A stretch of DNA of 63,222 nt, the filler included, from Octopus bimaculoides (lineage: Eukaryota), in NCBI RefSeq assembly GCF_001194135.2. It is 5 parts of 5 records of this genome, joined end to end, with 100 filler letters (N's around TTAATTAATTAA, not from the genome) between each part and the next. Parts side by side here need not be neighbours in the genome. Positions count along the whole stretch, not along the records: positions 41,305 to 63,222 come from NC_068981.1; 4 more parts are not named here. The stretch is one strand, 5' to 3'. Under the pieces are notes generated by a model. The model was not told the DNA's origin. It saw only the letters and a program-made list of their open reading frames with translations, and made no database searches. The position numbers and the translations under genes were made by a program. How positions within the stretch are numbered: the stretch's first letter is position 1; each line of letters opens with the position of its first letter. This document shows positions 58,179 through 63,222 of this stretch, piece after piece.

Positions 58179-59557
58179 NNNNNNNNNNNNNNNNNNNNNN
58201 NNNNNNNNNNNNNNNNNNNNNNNNNNNNNNNNNNNNNNNNNNNNNNNNNNNNNNNNNNNNNNNNNNNNNNNNNNNNNNNNNNNNNNNNNNNNNNNNNNNN
58301 NNNNNNNNNNNNNNNNNNNNNNNNNNNNNNNNNNNNNNNNNNNNNNNNNNNNNNNNNNNNNNNNNNNNNNNNNNNNNNNNNNNNNNNNNNNNNNNNNNNN
58401 NNNNNNNNNNNNNNNNNNNNNNNNNNNNNNNNNNNNNNNNNNNNNNNNNNNTATATATGCAAACGTATATTACATGCATTCATATACGCATAAACATACG
58501 TAAGAGAAATAAGTAGACACCCCTTACGTATATAGCTTGCACAATTCAAACCCAAAGCAAAACACCAGAAAAAGCAATACATTGTTTTGTGTTGAGGAAT
58601 TTATTGAATACCTCGAATTATTCTTTATCTTTGTCGTTCCGCTTCATTGAGCCAATCACGGTTGAACAATGGATTGTCTATGGAATGCTGCGCTATACAT
58701 TGTTCACTGACTTCAGTCAACCGAGTGTGCGCTGTAGCAAGAACGGGAAAACAATACTGCTGCAGAGAGAACATCACAACGTGACTACTACTACTACTAC
58801 TACTACTGCCGCCACCGCCACCTACACCACCACAGCCGCCGACACTACTACTACTACTACTACTACTAGAATTAGTTATAATAATAATAACAACAGCAAC
58901 AACAAAAACAAGTCGATCTAATTCAAACCAACTATTGAGCCTCTACCTGATCATTCCACCCGCTAGAAATAGCTGACAAATCTCCTTTAAGTCAAATCGC
59001 CTCATTTTGAAGAATTGAAGAATGAGGGATTAGCCTAACAAAAAACAAAAAAAAAAAGGAAAAAAGCAAACATACAGATAAAATAAATAAATAAAAACCG
59101 TATCTTTGTAGTTTCAATCTCTTTAATTACGGATCTCGATTGGGAGTGATCTGAGGGTAAACAACAACAACGACGACGACGACGAGGCGGAGTAGGAGGT
59201 GGAGGAGGACGAGGAGGACGAGGAGGAGGAGTTAATGAGGTAGCCTCTGCGTTGTTGCTTCAGCGACCTGTAACAGTAACCGCATCTTGTATAACTTCCA
59301 TAGTAATGTCTTCGTAAAAGCAAGGACATCGAAATACTGTAGTCCGAGATGGACGATGTCTGAACGAAAGAACTGAAAGTGATGACATTTATCCTGGTTG
59401 GCATAGTTGCTACGCCAATTCTAACCCGAGTTACTCAGTAATTCGACGTGGTAGAGATAACAGCTAAATATATATGTGTGCGCGTGCGCGTTTGTCTGTA
59501 TATGTGTGTGTGTATAAACACATATATTGATAGATATATAGCATAAATAATATATAT

Positions 59558-59723
59558 GCGTTTAAGAGTGGATGTATGGTAAGTAGCTTGCTCCCCAGCC
59601 ACGTGATTCCGGGATCAGTCTTACTGCACTGCGTAGCACCTTGGGCAAGTGTCATGTACTATAGCCTCGGGCCGACCAAAGCCTTGTGAGTGGATTTGAT
59701 AGATGGAAACTGAATGAAGCCCG

Positions 59724-59777
<54 letters not shown>

Positions 59778-60010
59778 GTTTGTGCGCGCGCGCGCAAACA
59801 TATTTGTGTATCTATGTTTGTTCCCACCAACATCGCTTGACAACCGATGTTGATGTGTTTACGTCCCCGTTATTTAAAGGTTCGGCAAGACACACCGATA
59901 AAATAAATACTAGGCTTACAAATAATAAATCCTGGGGTCAATTTGTTCGACAAAAGGTGGTTCTCCAGCATGGCCGCAATCATATGGCTGAAACAAATAA
60001 AAGAATAAAT
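59558..60010 (+). mobile_element. SINE family A, full length
   Basis: Head, internal (TA)n(TG)n, body and CCAGCATGGCCGCAATC..ATGGCTGAAACAAATAAAAG tail are all present. Confidence 0.85.
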
Positions 60011-60021
60011 GNNNNNNNNNN

Positions 60022-60058
<37 letters not shown>

Positions 60059-60079
60059 AGAGAGAGAGATGCGTGTGTG

Positions 60080-60302
60080 GTGTGGGTTGTATCTGTGTTT
60101 GTTCCCCGCCATCGCGTGATAACAGGTGTTGGTGTGTTTACGTCTGCGTTACCTAGCGGTTCGGCAAAACTGACCGACAGAATAAATAGTAGGCTTTAAA
60201 AAGAATAAATACTAGTGTCGATTCTTTCGACTAACAGTTATTTTAGGCGGTGCCCCAGCATGGCCGCATTCCAATGACTGAAACAAGGAAAAGATAAAAG
60301 AT
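60080..60302 (+). mobile_element. SINE family A, 3' half
   Basis: TCTGTGTTTGTTCCCC...CCCAGCATGGCCGCATTCCAATGACTGAAACAAGGAAAAGATAAAAG. Confidence 0.8.
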
Positions 60303-62228
60303 AACTGAAAAAGCTATTAATTTGGGCAACATTAGGAATTACTAGTACAAACCACCTGCCATGATTGCATCTAATTTCCACCCGCTTGATTCTTGACTGG
60401 TCTAGGGCCGATTGGAATCTATGGTAGAGTTACATGCCTAATATGTTATGCGTTGTAATCGAACCAGGTACCTCGTAATTGTAAAGCAATTTTCTTAAAC
60501 TTCTGATCATACCTGAATCTCAATCAAGAGAATACGTATAAAGTAATGCTAAAGAAAATAACATGAAATCAGTGAAGGGTAAAATGGTTTTGTAAGTTGC
60601 TTATTTGTACAAATAAAAATGAGGTTATTGATAATGCTGACAATTACAACAATGTCTATGGTGATAAATAAACACATAAAGAGAATAGGTGTGTGATGAC
60701 ATCATCTCTGTCACGAGCTCACATAAATAATCACAGTCTCACACACATAAGAATGAAAGAATATTTCAAACTAAGTGTGAGTGGATGTTCAACAATTCTA
60801 TGTAACAAATTCTAACATTAGCCTTCTGTGAGAATCGAAACTGTTTCTCCTCGTCATTTCCTTAACTTTTGCTACTATCAGAACTGCCTTTATAACTTCC
60901 TGATTTAATATTCTGAAGAAAGGTCTCTTTAAACTTTCCCTCTAAGTCCACCTATTGTTTCTGATACGCTATGAATCAACGGTGAACCTAGAATAATGTC
61001 ACTTGATGTGCTCGAAATAGCAACCAAATCTCCCTAAAATCACACACTACAAATTTTAAGGGCACTAGAAAGGAAAAAAAAGCTTGTTACAGATTAAAAA
61101 CCTTTAATAATATATTTGCTCAATCAGAGATGATTCGGGAGATAACAATAATGACTACCAATCGTTTGATTTGTTACAAATAGCAACCCCTCATATGACA
61201 CCTTAACTCTTATAAGGGAAGGACACGTTCTATATAACTTATGCAACCATAGAAAGACAGCATGACCCCCACGAGTGGAATACTGTAGGACTATACAACT
61301 CACACGTCTCTCCTCCTCATGTCACACATTGTGCCCTTCCCTGTTAGTTCATGCATTAACCACTTAACTTCAGTCTTCTATATTTATTATCTTTAAAATT
61401 TTCACCTACCCACGCATTTCTTGAAACCATCAACTGACAACTTCTTAAGAGAAAGGTTAACTGTCTTCTGTAGTCTTGGAGAACCTGCAACGACTATGAA
61501 CACAGACCTTTCTACCAAAACTATACCGAGAAGACAGAGAACTGACTCTTATATTTTAGTTTGGTCCGGAGAAAAAGGTTGTCTTGATGGCCTTTACAGG
61601 TGCAAGCAGAGATTTGTGTCGTTGATATTTCGTGTAAACTGTTCCAAATCGACAGCGATTCCGGTGGACGGACATTAAGGCGTGAAAGATGGCTATGTAG
61701 GGATTACTGTTGGGCTTAATGTGGGAATTATAAGGGTTAAGAGAAGAGATAGTAGAAGTGAGTCGGGAATCTTACATTAATGATACGAGACAAGCTAGCT
61801 ATCAAGGAGTAGAAGCTATTGTTCTAGATCTGATCTTAAACAACGATATCTACATTCCGATCTCATGCGACTACGAATATTTATCACTGTGCACAGCTAT
61901 ATGATCTCATGTCTTTCTAAAGTTTTAAATGTACGCTGGCCTCAATACATAGAAGTGCTTTTGGAATTTTTATAGCTCTGACTACGTCTTAACCGTGGAT
62001 GTAACTGTTGAATCAGCTCTAGATTAAACATTAGGCAAAATAAGCACGTTTCTAGGGCATCAAGAGAAGCGGGGGCACCACAGAAATGATAAATAGTTTA
62101 CGGCATAAAAAAATCACTTTAAACTTGCTAAAATAATATTCGCAGTGATTTATATGATCGGAAATATAATTTTGAAGTGTTCATGGTAACATAGTGAAAA
62201 TTTGATCAATGACTTTAGAATTAAAAAC

Positions 62229-62547
62229 AAACGATAAACGTCGCCTTTCAAAGCCTAGCCAGGCTCATGGGCCCGGTTTCCCGGTTTCTATGGCGTATGT
62301 GTCCCCCCCCCCCCAGCTGGACGGGACGACAGTCCATCGCAGCGTTACTAAAAAAACAGAAAGGAAGTGTGAGAGAAAGTTGGGGCGAAAGAGTACAACA
62401 GGGGTCGCCACCCCCACCCCCTGCTGGAGCCTCGTGGAGCTTAGATGTTTTCGCTCAATAAACACTCACAACGTCCGGTCTGGGAATTGAAACCGCGATC
62501 CTCCGACCGCGAGTCCGTTGCCCTAACCATTGGGCCATTGCGCCTCC
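62229..62547 (-). mobile_element. SINE family D, full length (tRNA-derived head)
   Basis: The minus strand begins GGAGGCGCAATGGCCCAATGGTTAGGGC (A-box) ... GGTTTCAATTCC (B-box-like). Relatives lie at 36527 and 51850. Confidence 0.82.
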
Positions 62548-63153
62548 ACAGAATTAAAAACAAGTAGGAGAAAACTTTTCAAAGTGGAAATATACAAAAA
62601 TAAACATTTACCATTTTAGAAAATATAAATTCATTTTATGATTTATTATTATATATATTTTGAATTACACCTATATGGGGGCACCAAAATATCTTTAGTA
62701 TTAATCCGGCTCTGTGTTGAGTCTCTCCCCAATCTAAGCTAATATTATTATTTAATAGCCTCCTATATTCCATCATCGACGCCGGTACACCGACTCTTCA
62801 AAACTATCTGTAACTTTTATTAGTTTGTAATTCTCTAGATTATTAAACCATTTTTAGAGTGTGTATATGTGTATAAATCTATCGATACGAATGATACATG
62901 CATACATACATACATACATACATACATACAAGCATGCATGCATGCATACACACATATACTCCTCAATGATTTGTTATTTGGTTGATGTCATCCAGAAGTC
63001 AGATGATGTTCGGTTGAAAAGCAGCTATTATAGAATTTTAACAAGACCAGCAGAAATACCATGTAAAAGTTTAATAAACATGTACTCAACAGAAATGTGT
63101 TCAGTTTAGTGTTAAATTGCTTTTATATGTAATTTTACGTTAAAAAACATTTA

Positions 63154-63222
<69 letters not shown>
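63154..63222. repeat. (ATCT)n microsatellite
   Basis: Direct reading to the window end. Confidence 0.97.

Noticed and set aside
975-63109. ORFs rich in HT, YI, CV, RE, poly-N/T/D/I or X
   Set aside because: They arise from di- and trinucleotide microsatellites and N-runs, with no domain-like sequence.

Overview
This is AT-rich, microsatellite-dense eukaryotic non-coding DNA. Its SINE/LINE repertoire suggests a cephalopod, probably Octopus; this comes from recall of repeat families, not a database hit. I find no intact host protein-coding gene. Nearly all listed ORFs are translations of microsatellites, N-gaps or a tetranucleotide satellite. The window is five blocks joined by identical artificial 100-bp spacers (N44-TTAATTAATTAA-N44), so adjacency across those joins is not evidence. 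Recognisable content is decayed mobile DNA: tRNA-derived SINEs of at least four families; RTE, Tx1/L1, R4/Dong and Penelope-like fragments; Tc1/mariner/maT remnants; and hAT- and Merlin-like MITEs. Four features stand out. (1) A tandem pair of ORF1-only (HAL1-like, CCHC gag-type) retroelements is bounded by the same 13-bp word. That word also occurs, uninterrupted, in a 164-bp solo-LTR-like repeat 40 kb away, which suggests target-specific insertion just downstream of that repeat's TATA box. (2) A GG...CC, 8-bp-TSD foldback element has a core of head-to-head TTAGGG/CCCTAA telomere-like repeats. (3) A satellite block of about 7.4 kb (including an N-gap) is extremely CpG-dense, has a ~600-bp higher-order unit and contains internal inversions. 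(4) A tRNA-headed short element carries a Penelope-type minimal hammerhead ribozyme motif.
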